Below, piece by piece: positions 51,056 through 60,592 of a stretch of 64,000 bases of DNA. The position numbers were made by a program, and so were the translations under genes. Numbering within the stretch: the first letter of the stretch is position 1; each line of letters begins with the position of its first letter. Origin of the DNA: Wickerhamiella versatilis (lineage: Eukaryota); contig JAQOWU010000008.1 of assembly GCA_030867685.1 (NCBI GenBank), positions 3,348,001-3,412,000 of the forward strand. The letters are read 5' to 3'. The notes beneath the pieces were generated by a model, which saw only the letters and a program-made list of their open reading frames with translations, made no database searches and was not told the DNA's origin.

Positions 51056-52330
51056 TTAAGCGCAATTTGGAAGGCAATTTAATGAAAATGGTGATTCAGT
51101 GCTTCCCCCTTGTTTCCAGATCGTTTTCATCAGCACTAAGTTAGCTATGCTTCCTGCCATGGTATCAATGCCAGCGAGCTGGTCAGTGTAGGTCCTTCCT
51201 ATGAAACTCATTACAATAGGCCAAGCATGCGTGAATCTATCTTCTTTCGCGAGAATGACGGGAATATTTCCTGATGCAGACCTCAACTGCTCGTATACAA
51301 TTAGGATTTCAGAGTACAGGAATTCGTTTGTTCCACAACTAATGAAAACTCCATTTGGGGGCAGGGCATCTCCCCACCAATCCGGATCTCGAATCATAGC
51401 AGGGAATGCCCATAGCATTGACTCCGATAGATTTTCATCCTGAACCGGCAGAAAGCGCTTAAGCTTCCTCATAATACCGTTCGTTATGGCCTCCGAGCGA
51501 TACACTTCGTCCATTTCACGAATCTTTAGTCGGCCAATCGGAGACACAAGGACCATAGCGTCCGGTTTCTTGACATCTCCAGATGGAAGCGGTAGGTCTT
51601 TAAAGGGTTTACTGAGTTGCAATAATAATGTCAGAAGCAAGGTGCCTCCAACAGATGAACCCATCACTACGTGAATCGAGGATGGATCCACTTTTGTTGC
51701 GTACGTCCATCCTGATAGGACTCTTGAAAATGAGTGCTTATAGTCACATTTATTATACTCTGGGTCCACGACGAACATTGCCGGATTGTTGAACCCTTGC
51801 TGCTGCAGACCCACTAGAACGAGTTGCGCAAACTCAATGTATGCCCATGGCGATACAAACCCCATGAGACACCCGGGCACGAAATAGATAATACAGTCGT
51901 AGTGGTGGGTTGCACGGGATAAACTACGAACCCAGTAGCCATTCATTTCTGGTGTATTTACATCGACGAAGACATTATCCCCTAATGAACTTGTACCGAA
52001 TAAGAATCGTCGGAACTTATGCATTACTTTGAATGTCCCCTTGCCAAAAAGTACTTCACTCATCGTTTCGGGACGAAACGTTTCAAAAGCCCATCTGGCG
52101 CACTGGATAGTTGTAAACTCCATGAGGGTGGCATGCTGTGCAAATGGATCTCGACACCTGAAAGTGATTAAACTAAATCCGAGCAATATGCGTAAGGGAA
52201 GTAGCCCCAAAGCAAACAGCACTACGCGGAACCACACCATGATAGTACCACAAATGCCCAGTCTCAACGGTATTTCAACAGCAATTAACCCAAAATATAT
52301 GCCTATATCCAACCAGGTCCAGCGAGGCAT
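51056..52330 (-). CDS. Membrane-anchored alpha/beta hydrolase (HSL/Say1-Mug180-like)
   Basis: N-terminal TM segments, nucleophile elbow VMGSSVGGTL, KPDAMVLVSP, GTNEFL, THAWP; first ATG at 52330. Confidence 0.7.
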   Translation of the reverse strand: MPRWTWLDIGIYFGLIAVEIPLRLGICGTIMVWFRVVLFALGLLPLRILLGFSLITFRCRDPFAQHATLMEFTTIQCARWAFETFRPETMSEVLFGKGTFKVMHKFRRFLFGTSSLGDNVFVDVNTPEMNGYWVRSLSRATHHYDCIIYFVPGCLMGFVSPWAYIEFAQLVLVGLQQQGFNNPAMFVVDPEYNKCDYKHSFSRVLSGWTYATKVDPSSIHVVMGSSVGGTLLLTLLLQLSKPFKDLPLPSGDVKKPDAMVLVSPIGRLKIREMDEVYRSEAITNGIMRKLKRFLPVQDENLSESMLWAFPAMIRDPDWWGDALPPNGVFISCGTNEFLYSEILIVYEQLRSASGNIPVILAKEDRFTHAWPIVMSFIGRTYTDQLAGIDTMAGSIANLVLMKTIWKQGGSTESPFSLNCLPNCA

Positions 52331-52477
52331 ATTTTGTGGTGTTGGTCGCAAGTCGCAAGCCCCATCCAGAGAAAACCTGGGAAATCGACCTGCTTGATTG
52401 CGACCTAAGCAGAGGAAGAGAAGAAACCGACAATAATTATACTTGTATAAGCCTATCTAAACGGAGTTGAGGTAAAT

Positions 52478-53923
52478 TTAAGCAAGTAACTTACGAACAA
52501 TATTGAGGAAGATATCAGCATGCTTTTCCTCGAACAAGAGGCCTGGGCGCAACCGAACAGACTTTGCACCACAGCCACCGACATTGACACCATTCTGCCT
52601 CATTTTGTTCAGGAACTCATTTCGAGCCTGTGGGGACTCGAGGTCGAAGGCAATGAAAGTTCCTTGACCCTTGCCACGGAGCCGGTTAATCTTTCCAGCG
52701 CCCTGAATTTCTTCAAGACCACGATAAAGATAATCACCCACCTCTGCAGTACGCTCGACAAGGTTGTTCGCTGCGATAAATTCAAAGATCTTGTCGCTGA
52801 TAAGTACATGGGCGGGGTCACCGCACCACGTGTTGAATTGGCGGAATGCCTCTTTTGGTCGTAGCTCATCGTTACCATAGAAATATCCTGCAGTCTGTGC
52901 TTTCTTCGAGAACGTGACCAAATCTGGTGGGGAGGTCAAGTTCCAATGCTCATGGGCCCACAGCTTGCCCGTCGCACCTACACCTGTCTGGACCTCATCG
53001 ACGATGAATAGAACCCCATGCTTCTTGGTGATGTCGCGGACACCTTGGAAAAAGGCAGGAGATGCGTGGTTGTCTCCACCCTCAGATTGGATAGGCTCTA
53101 CAATGACAGCATCAATTGGTGTGGGCCAGGTAGCGAGTGTATGTGACAATTCATCCAGGCAGCGCTTCTCTTCAGCAGCGTTGGCCTCAACGTTTTCCTC
53201 AAGGGGATATTTAAGTTGGGGGAAGGGCGACTTTGGCCATGGGAAAGCAGGAATATCCAATTTGTGCAGAGGCTTGCTGCGCGTCACAGACAGAGATCCA
53301 AAAAGACGGCCATGGAACGCAGTGCTGAAACTCAGGATGTTGCGATGAGGAGCGCCGGGAGAGGTGTTTTCCATCGCACTTTGTTCCTCTTCAGCACTAA
53401 AGCCACGACCTTTACGATCTCTGGTTGCGCCATAGATGAATGCAGCTTTAAATGCAAGCTCATTTGCATCAGATCCACTAAGAGCTGTCCACACTTTATC
53501 CATACCAGGCGGAGCATGCTTCACCAAGCGCTCAACCTGTTCGGCATACTCAGTGGATGGGAAGTTTCCAGTGGCGGGCCTGTTGATCAACGCACTTACT
53601 ACCTGTGGGTCTACTGCGGCTTCCGCAAGCACAGGATTATTATATCCAAGAGGGATAGATGCAATCTGAGCGTAGAGATCCAACAATACATTTCCATCAG
53701 CATCTACTATATAGTTTCCAATTGAGCGGTTATAGTCGACGAGAAAGTATGCAGCAGTCGCCTCAAATGTCTTATTCAATTTGGCCAACCCCTCTTCAGT
53801 CTTTGGCCCGGGGATCGCAGTTACAACGCTAGGTTCAACTGGCTCCGAGGGGAAAAACTTCTCGGCTAGAGAGGCATCAGATCGCTTAGCCGCTGGCTTA
53901 TTCGCTGTCAAATTATCAAGCAT
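52478..53923 (-). CDS. UGA1: 4-aminobutyrate aminotransferase
   Basis: DLYAQIASIPLGYNNP, SGSDANE, AFHGRLFGSLS, EPIQSEGGDNHAS, DEVQTG, PLP lysine TFSKK, RQFNTW. Confidence 0.97.
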   Translation of the reverse strand: MLDNLTANKPAAKRSDASLAEKFFPSEPVEPSVVTAIPGPKTEEGLAKLNKTFEATAAYFLVDYNRSIGNYIVDADGNVLLDLYAQIASIPLGYNNPVLAEAAVDPQVVSALINRPATGNFPSTEYAEQVERLVKHAPPGMDKVWTALSGSDANELAFKAAFIYGATRDRKGRGFSAEEEQSAMENTSPGAPHRNILSFSTAFHGRLFGSLSVTRSKPLHKLDIPAFPWPKSPFPQLKYPLEENVEANAAEEKRCLDELSHTLATWPTPIDAVIVEPIQSEGGDNHASPAFFQGVRDITKKHGVLFIVDEVQTGVGATGKLWAHEHWNLTSPPDLVTFSKKAQTAGYFYGNDELRPKEAFRQFNTWCGDPAHVLISDKIFEFIAANNLVERTAEVGDYLYRGLEEIQGAGKINRLRGKGQGTFIAFDLESPQARNEFLNKMRQNGVNVGGCGAKSVRLRPGLLFEEKHADIFLNIVRKLLA

Positions 53924-54102
53924 GCAAAAGTCCAACTGTCATCTTGCGCTCATTATATACTTATAGATGATCTATCATATGCGTCAGCATATGGCGGCAA
54001 TCTTACTTTGCGTTTTAGCCGCCGTGGTTAAATTAGACGAGCGTTTTTGCCGGCTTTAAGATTCTATGTAGTTAAGAATTTCCAAGAAAAACCAATCTGT
54101 TT

Positions 54103-56115
54103 TCATTTTACCTTGCGCTTTTCCGCTCTGCGTTGTAACACCTTCTCCATATAAGGAGCAACAAATTGCTTAATACGAGACTTGAGAGCATCAGTGACAG
54201 AATCTGGCGCAACTTCCTCACGTTTCAATTCTTTGCTGACAAGAAGATTCACGATGTCTCGAGCATGGGTGCGGCAGCGGTCATGCCCTAAGATAGGCTC
54301 AAAATTCCATACAACCTTAGGTACGTAGCTGGCGAAAAGAGCTCTCCAGATCTGTTCTGTAGTCATTTTGCGACTTCTCTTAGCTGGAGGTGGCGTTTCA
54401 TCCGAATTTTTGCGTAAATGAGAATTATTTGGCAATTCGTTAGGATCTTTTGGTGTCCGTTGGGAATCAGGAGTTGAGGCCGACGCAGCACCATCTATGA
54501 TCCTACGAAGATTTGCTGCTTCCTCCTCGCGACGGGCCTGAGCCGCATGCTGCTCTGCCCTGAACTTTTCCCGTTCCTTTTGCAATTCCTGTTCCCGCCG
54601 TCTCCGTCGCTGTTTTTCTTCTCGAATCTCCCGTTCTGTTCGAGGCTTCGTGGTAGATATTGCCCCTGTGCGACGGTTAGTGAACAATATTTTCCCTGTT
54701 TTCGGTACAATTACAGCTTCCCAATCCTTTGGTAGGTCAGCCATGGGCTTGCGAATGGGTATCTGTGCTTGTGAGTCTTCATAGTCCTTGTCGGCACTGT
54801 CATCTGAACTCTGTGAGCTTTCTGACTCCGATTCATCCTCAGACGATTGTTCTGACTGATTAGCCTTGGGATCTGGTTTGCGAGTGGTTTTCCGCCGTGG
54901 TATGCGATATGCCATCTTTAAGTTCGACCAATCCTTCAACAAGCACCTAGCAAAGTGAGCTGTCTTAGTGCTGGACGATTCTGCAAGCGATTGCACGATT
55001 CTCTCTATACTCGAAGAAGATATCTTGTTTTTCGTTATATTAGGCCATTTTGTTAAGGTTTCCAATACCGTATTTGTGATGGACTGGTCACCGGCCCACT
55101 GAGCAAGAATTGTACTGAATATCTCGTACCCATGCATTCTCATAACCTCAGCTTGTACCTCAGCATCCGTAGTCAGGAATATGCGTTGGGATATCATCCT
55201 AACCAGCCATTCTTCACGACTCTGCATTAGGACACCCATTACTTTTGACGTAGATCCCTTGGTCAGTGGCTTTACTGGCAATGCAGCTGCTTCTTCGGTG
55301 GTAAGATGTTTACGGCGGCGCCCACCATATTCTGCAATCCAATCCTTGATGTCTTCCTCCCCAATACTGAGCCCGTCAACAACCTCCTCAGGTAAACATG
55401 CGAGCCGTCCCGATTTCGACTTGGATCCTAGAAGACCCACACAATTAGGCTCACCACAGAGGCACTTCTGAGGCTTGGAGTCCAAGCGTTCAGCCTTGTA
55501 GTCAAAACAAATTTCCTCACCTTTTGCAATGTCACGTTTGGCAAATAAGCCCATGCGCATGCGTGGGCCTACAACCCACTTTTCGATATATGCATTTGGA
55601 TTGCAAGAATGATTACAGAATCTAGTGATGGAACCTTTCTGGGTTGCATCAATATATTCCCCTTGAGAAAGCATCATGAAGTAAAAGTGACGTTCGCCTT
55701 CCTTTTCGTACTGTTCGCGTCGACGCTGAAAACGAGTCTCGTCTATAACCTCTCCAATGTATTCATGAATAAATGCATCACGGGGTATATTTGCCATAGC
55801 CCGCACGCCATATCCTTTTTTCCCAGCCCGAAATACATCGAGCCGTGCGTATTGGTGTCTCTGAAACCGTCGGTTTGCACATCGTTTCGAACAACCACAC
55901 TGGGATCCTGTACATTCTATACATGTTAGGCGATTTATGCAGTTGGATTCTGGTCCACATAAACGGTCTCCTCCATCATTGCATTCACATGCCATCTCCT
56001 CGATCTTTCCTGAAGTGGCGATATACTTATTGACATATTCAGGTGTGCGTATTTCAACAAAAGTGTTTAAAGCATCTTTTAACACGCTCTTTCGATCATT
56101 TACGAGTTGCACCAT
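54103..56115 (-). CDS. SET2: Histone H3K36 methyltransferase
   Basis: AWS CGPESNCINR..IEC, SET RFCNHSCNPN and EEICFDY, post-SET CLCGEPNC, degenerate WW LPKDWE, SRI-like C-terminus. Confidence 0.93.
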   Translation of the reverse strand: MVQLVNDRKSVLKDALNTFVEIRTPEYVNKYIATSGKIEEMACECNDGGDRLCGPESNCINRLTCIECTGSQCGCSKRCANRRFQRHQYARLDVFRAGKKGYGVRAMANIPRDAFIHEYIGEVIDETRFQRRREQYEKEGERHFYFMMLSQGEYIDATQKGSITRFCNHSCNPNAYIEKWVVGPRMRMGLFAKRDIAKGEEICFDYKAERLDSKPQKCLCGEPNCVGLLGSKSKSGRLACLPEEVVDGLSIGEEDIKDWIAEYGGRRRKHLTTEEAAALPVKPLTKGSTSKVMGVLMQSREEWLVRMISQRIFLTTDAEVQAEVMRMHGYEIFSTILAQWAGDQSITNTVLETLTKWPNITKNKISSSSIERIVQSLAESSSTKTAHFARCLLKDWSNLKMAYRIPRRKTTRKPDPKANQSEQSSEDESESESSQSSDDSADKDYEDSQAQIPIRKPMADLPKDWEAVIVPKTGKILFTNRRTGAISTTKPRTEREIREEKQRRRRREQELQKEREKFRAEQHAAQARREEEAANLRRIIDGAASASTPDSQRTPKDPNELPNNSHLRKNSDETPPPAKRSRKMTTEQIWRALFASYVPKVVWNFEPILGHDRCRTHARDIVNLLVSKELKREEVAPDSVTDALKSRIKQFVAPYMEKVLQRRAEKRKVK

Positions 56116-56279
56116 CCCTGCAGGGAGGCCCTCTGGCGATGTAATCGTCGGAATTGGGTAAGCACGCTAAAGAAACTTTAATCCTGGAACGAGATCATTC
56201 TGGTTGCTAATTCTTAGCTATTGAGTTATATTTCCTCTCCTATATGGTAAATTCAATTTTGATCTCCTCAATATATAAG

Positions 56280-56780
56280 AGCTAGTTTCCAATTTCTTTT
56301 TTTTTGAGACAATTTATCCATTATCCCAGGGGAGTGGATTCGCTAGTCTAGTCCCCACAGAAAAATCCATTTGTAAGGTAGTTAAAGAAAAATAAAAGAA
56401 ATAGATCAGAATTATTAGAAGTGTAAAATTGGGTAGCAATACTAATGCGGCATTTGCTAAACAGCGGCAACTGGAAACGTCAATTCGATTCACTACCCTT
56501 AACCTCATCTTAAGCCGCGTTAAACTCAGAGCGAGGCTGGGTCGCACCAGGAACGACCATGTTTAAATTCCTACTTAGAGATGTTAGTTTGTTTTATTGT
56601 AACCAAAAATATTGCCTTTATACATACGGACAAACTATTCGGGAAATACCTCATAAAAAGCCAATAATAAGCACACCCACTTTTGCTTATCTCATATTAT
56701 TAGTGTTTGAACGTTCACCGCCGCTTTCTTTATTACCACTGATAAAGAAAGTTTAAAAATTGTGAGGACTTTTGTAAACG
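56280..56780 (+). ncRNA. Candidate compact telomerase RNA (ends approximate)
   Basis: TATATAA at 56272; hand-derived helices in the order boundary helix, template-like ACCCTTAACC (56495-56504), long stem-loop, pseudoknot, three-way junction; no credible ORF. Confidence 0.45.
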
Positions 56781-56790
56781 CGGCATTTCG

Positions 56791-58110
56791 ATGTGGTTAC
56801 AGTTCCTTCGCAGTTCGGGCAAAGAGCGGTCAGATTTACGAAGCTCTCATGCTCCACCTCCTGCAGGCCTCGGATGGGTTTTGCCTTCTGATTGCAGTGG
56901 CCTGGGGATAGCAGTATGGAATGAGAACCGGAATCAAGAGGCTGGTAAGTGGATCCTGTATTCAGGTATCCCCTCAGATGTGGAGCTACCTGTCCGACGG
57001 TGTATTGCCCTGCGTGGGGAAGAAACAAAGCTAGAATTAATGTCCTCAACAAAAGTCAATGAAATATGGCTTGCTTCAAAGCGAAAGCAGGGCCGCACAT
57101 GTTTCATCAGACTCACACTGTCGGTGGCGGATAGGGGTATTTTTTGGCAGCAGCATTGGGATACTGTAAGCGCATATCTTGATTGGCTTTGCACAAAGCC
57201 CGATCTTGAATCTATTAGGTTTGAACTGAATGAGGAGCTGAGGTCGCCAATAGGTATCTGTCCACAGGTGAATTCCACGGCAGTTTTGGAACTGCTACAG
57301 TGGGCTCGAGATGAGTTTTCTCCGGACTTCCTGGCAAAAGTTCTTCTGCAAGTTGGTCGCGCAGCTCCTGATATCCTTGCTTGGCGAAACGCTGCTACAC
57401 CAGTGCGCACTTTTGTAATAGGGGAGGATCCATTAGCTTGTGAAGCCTTCCTTGCACTCCTATATGCCTTAATTTTGCCTCGGGGCAGTGAATATCAGAG
57501 TCCCGAAACGCACTCAAAGCCAATTGTGATCAAAAAGAGAGTTTCCGCGGGTAAATCCGGTTTCAGTATTCCTGCTGCAAGCTCACTGGGGTGTACCCCT
57601 AAGACTGCTATCCCAGAATTAAGCATCGGAAACTCTTCTTCACAGCTACTTCGACGAACCGTTCAAAGCTACGGGACTAGTCCTGAGACAACAGGAGGGT
57701 CGTCAGTGTCCTCAAATTCAACGACAACGTCTAATAGTACGTCTGTGCTAAATGATAGACCTGTGCGCTTTACGCCAGAAGAAAGCTGTAGCATTTCCCC
57801 GCAGGAAAATCCGCCTATTGCAGGATATCACCGCAAGCCCCTGGTTGGTTTTGCAGCCCAGGCCGGCCAATTTTCCGATAACGATATAGAAATTCTATTG
57901 GAAGAAGATCTACGGATAATGGGATATACAGTGGCGGCTCTTGTTGTTAATATTGATGAGCATACACAAGCCTGGAGACGCCCCGGGGAAGACAAGGTCG
58001 ACATCGTTGATATCGATGGTGTGGATGGAATACAAGTATGTTTGGAAAATTTAGTCGCACCAATTGATATCCAGCGAGAGGTTGGACTCTGTACAAACTA
58101 CTTGGACTAA
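56791..58110 (+). CDS. Hypothetical protein, possibly a reduced Lst4/FNIP-like (longin-DENN) protein
   Basis: 439-aa ATG ORF; RTFVIGEDPLACEAFLALLYALI resembles the FNIP/Lst4 middle motif; family call is weak. Confidence 0.55.
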   Translation: MWLQFLRSSGKERSDLRSSHAPPPAGLGWVLPSDCSGLGIAVWNENRNQEAGKWILYSGIPSDVELPVRRCIALRGEETKLELMSSTKVNEIWLASKRKQGRTCFIRLTLSVADRGIFWQQHWDTVSAYLDWLCTKPDLESIRFELNEELRSPIGICPQVNSTAVLELLQWARDEFSPDFLAKVLLQVGRAAPDILAWRNAATPVRTFVIGEDPLACEAFLALLYALILPRGSEYQSPETHSKPIVIKKRVSAGKSGFSIPAASSLGCTPKTAIPELSIGNSSSQLLRRTVQSYGTSPETTGGSSVSSNSTTTSNSTSVLNDRPVRFTPEESCSISPQENPPIAGYHRKPLVGFAAQAGQFSDNDIEILLEEDLRIMGYTVAALVVNIDEHTQAWRRPGEDKVDIVDIDGVDGIQVCLENLVAPIDIQREVGLCTNYLD

Positions 58111-58176
58111 TATAGATAGATACTTTTAATTATTTATTAAACCCCTATGTCATGATTGTTAGTAATACACAGTACA

Positions 58177-58842
58177 ATGTCAGGTGTGTTTGTAGAGGCT
58201 TTCCAGCATGAGCTCGAAAAAACGACAAAAAAGATACCTGACAGCTATGAAGGTACAAGGGGAAGACCACTGATACTTCCTGCGATGCCTACTACTTATG
58301 TACCACCGCCTCTTCCCCAAACGCAGACTGTGAGCGTGGTTCTTAAATCCATTCGCAGCCCTAGGTTTACGGTGACATACGAAATCCCCGACAGAGATTC
58401 GATATTCTCGGTCAAGGAGCGGCTGGTATCCGATCCTAATGGACCTTTTGCATCTGTAGAAACTCCTGTGGAAGCGATTCGACTGGTTCTTCAAGGTCGA
58501 GCATTGTCTGATACTCACCAATTGAAGGAGCTTCCCGCATGTAACTTCATTGTAATGGTGAAAAATGATGTGGATGGCGGTAAAATCGGCCCACCTGTGC
58601 AATATTATTGGGGTCATGATGGTGAGCCTGTGAACCCAGCTTCGACATCAGTGGTAGAGGAAACCGAGAGTACAGTTCAGCCACCCGCTACTAACAATCA
58701 AAAACCTGGAATTAACATGTCATTCTGGAACGAGGTCGAAGAACTTGCGGGGAAGTATGTCGATGATCCAGTGGAAGTCGTCAAGACTATGAGACAAAGT
58801 TATGATAGCTCAAGTTTGTCTAGTACACTTGAACTTGACTAA
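58177..58842 (+). CDS. MDY2: GET pathway ubiquitin-like protein Get5/Mdy2
   Basis: N-terminal Get4-binding-like segment, VVLKSIRSPRF, UBL core IFSVKERL...IRLVLQGRALSD, C-terminal FWNEVEEL dimerisation-like helix. Confidence 0.82.
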   Translation: MSGVFVEAFQHELEKTTKKIPDSYEGTRGRPLILPAMPTTYVPPPLPQTQTVSVVLKSIRSPRFTVTYEIPDRDSIFSVKERLVSDPNGPFASVETPVEAIRLVLQGRALSDTHQLKELPACNFIVMVKNDVDGGKIGPPVQYYWGHDGEPVNPASTSVVEETESTVQPPATNNQKPGINMSFWNEVEELAGKYVDDPVEVVKTMRQSYDSSSLSSTLELD

Positions 58843-58884
58843 ATTACGGAGAACACATGAATAGATAATTTAGATAATAGTAAC

Positions 58885-60378
58885 TCATTTGTAGAGTGAT
58901 AATTTTGCGCGAAGGCGGCGCCCAGGATGGAATTTTGCATACTCGTCGCGGTCAGTTGTAGCTATAGCCTTTTGACCTGTATTAGCTTTTTGGGGTTTTT
59001 CCTGTCGAGCATTTCGGCGCCTTTGGTCTACAAATTCACGTAGGACAGCAATGTCTTCGTACGAAATATGTCCAAAACCGTTGGCTCGTTTAAAGCAGGC
59101 GCTCATTAGGGCTTTGGGGTCCATTAATTTGCGAGGGTATGTTTGGATAAGCTGAAACGCCTCCAAATCGTCATTTATCCGAACCAGATCAGGCTCTATA
59201 AGCTTGAAAATAGTGAGGGAAACTCGATATAGCACTTTAATACCTTCAAAGAAGAAGCAGTCCCATACACGCATCATTGTTTCAGTCGGTAATACATTTA
59301 CCATCATACTCATGAACCACGAAGCGGTACATAAACTGACAGGAGGCAGATTTGACACAAAATTATCTTGGTAAGTCGGCTCGAGGCCAAGAGATGCCCA
59401 AACTTTCGGTAATCTGTCACGAATGCTACACATTAGCACACCTTGTGAGATATTAACCTGCTCAAGGTTGACTTCATGCAACCCGGCAAGATAGAAATTG
59501 GACTGTGTGATATTCACAAGCATCCAAAAAGTTCTTTCTTCGGTATTAAATAGTAAAATAGTACCCGCAATAAAATTAAGGCTTTGGCAGTATCCAATTT
59601 TCGGTTGATAAACGCTGAAACATGTGAGAACGCGACGCAACGCTTGAAGCAACGGCGACTCTTTGCCCGTCACAGGATCACTGCGGAAATATATATTATC
59701 AGGAAACGTACGATATAGGTCTCTCTCAATGTGTTCCGTATCATTATTCTTTAAATTCAGACTTTGTTGAACTAGACGGTCGTATAGCCCGGGGTGCGCA
59801 TGTAACTTCTCTTGGGCGCGGGAGTACCAGAACCATGCATTACCACGCCATTCTGCTGGAATACCCTTTCGTATATACCGTTTAAGCTTGGCACTGGCAG
59901 GAGGAAAGCGAACAGGCGTCTTTTCTGCGGGTGGCGCCAGGCCGTACTGCTTAAGCAAATATTCCCATTTTCTCTTGCGATGCTGGCAATAAACCTCATA
60001 CCTCGCAGACCACGTATTGTACTCTTCGCTGTTTTGAATCTTAAACCCATAACGGTCAACTCCACCCTTGAAACTTGATGTGGAGGTCCATTGCGTGTGC
60101 AATGGCGGTCTGTGCAATGGTGCCACTGCGACGTTCGGATTAGCTTCCTCCTCACCGAAAAAGTCAAGATCGTCGGTTTGTGTCATAGCAGAATTCTGTG
60201 CCGAGGTCTGCGCCGAGACAGGTTCAATTATGGCGAGAGGTTCCGCGGACACCTCAGCAGTATGGGGTTCGTGTTCAGCACCTACTTTCGCACTAGAAAT
60301 ATCATCGGCGCTCTTCTGCGGCCGATATTTATTATGCAGCGCTAGAAATGCGGCGGGCATGCGAATTTCATTGCCCAT
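58885..60378 (-). CDS. MSB3: TBC-domain Rab GAP, Msb3/Gyp3 family
   Basis: VDRYGF, KLKRYIRKGIPAEWRGNAW, IERDLYRTFP, IGYCQSLNF, RVWDCFFFEG; ATG at 60378. Confidence 0.88.
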   Translation of the reverse strand: MGNEIRMPAAFLALHNKYRPQKSADDISSAKVGAEHEPHTAEVSAEPLAIIEPVSAQTSAQNSAMTQTDDLDFFGEEEANPNVAVAPLHRPPLHTQWTSTSSFKGGVDRYGFKIQNSEEYNTWSARYEVYCQHRKRKWEYLLKQYGLAPPAEKTPVRFPPASAKLKRYIRKGIPAEWRGNAWFWYSRAQEKLHAHPGLYDRLVQQSLNLKNNDTEHIERDLYRTFPDNIYFRSDPVTGKESPLLQALRRVLTCFSVYQPKIGYCQSLNFIAGTILLFNTEERTFWMLVNITQSNFYLAGLHEVNLEQVNISQGVLMCSIRDRLPKVWASLGLEPTYQDNFVSNLPPVSLCTASWFMSMMVNVLPTETMMRVWDCFFFEGIKVLYRVSLTIFKLIEPDLVRINDDLEAFQLIQTYPRKLMDPKALMSACFKRANGFGHISYEDIAVLREFVDQRRRNARQEKPQKANTGQKAIATTDRDEYAKFHPGRRLRAKLSLYK

Positions 60379-60592
60379 CTGCACCTCCAGCGCTCTTGCA
60401 GTAGTAAGCTGACAATTAAAAAAATACCCACATTCAGACTGAGAAAAAAAGCAGTCTGGATTACAGAGACTAAGTTTCACGCACCTATTTATTTTTTGAA
60501 TTGACTTTTGATGCGGCCCTAATTTTTTTTTGTTGGAATACTCGTTGTATGCAAGCACTTAATGCTACTACTGTCACTAGATTAAGCTTCAC

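Noticed and set aside
52520-53725. Several 77-169 aa antisense ORFs over UGA1, and similar ones over RPS3, RPS15, FUM1 and RSE1
   Set aside because: Shadow ORFs produced by codon bias of the real gene; no recognisable motifs
56325-56370. Minus-strand GATTTTTCTG-TGGGGACT...TCCCCTG resembling the U1 snRNA 3' end
   Set aside because: No ACTTACC 5' end in the gap (nearest lies inside the next ORF) and no U1-70K loop seen
56314-56756. Short ORFs of 77 and 65 aa in the SET2 upstream gap
   Set aside because: AT-driven composition with no motifs; better explained as non-coding sequence
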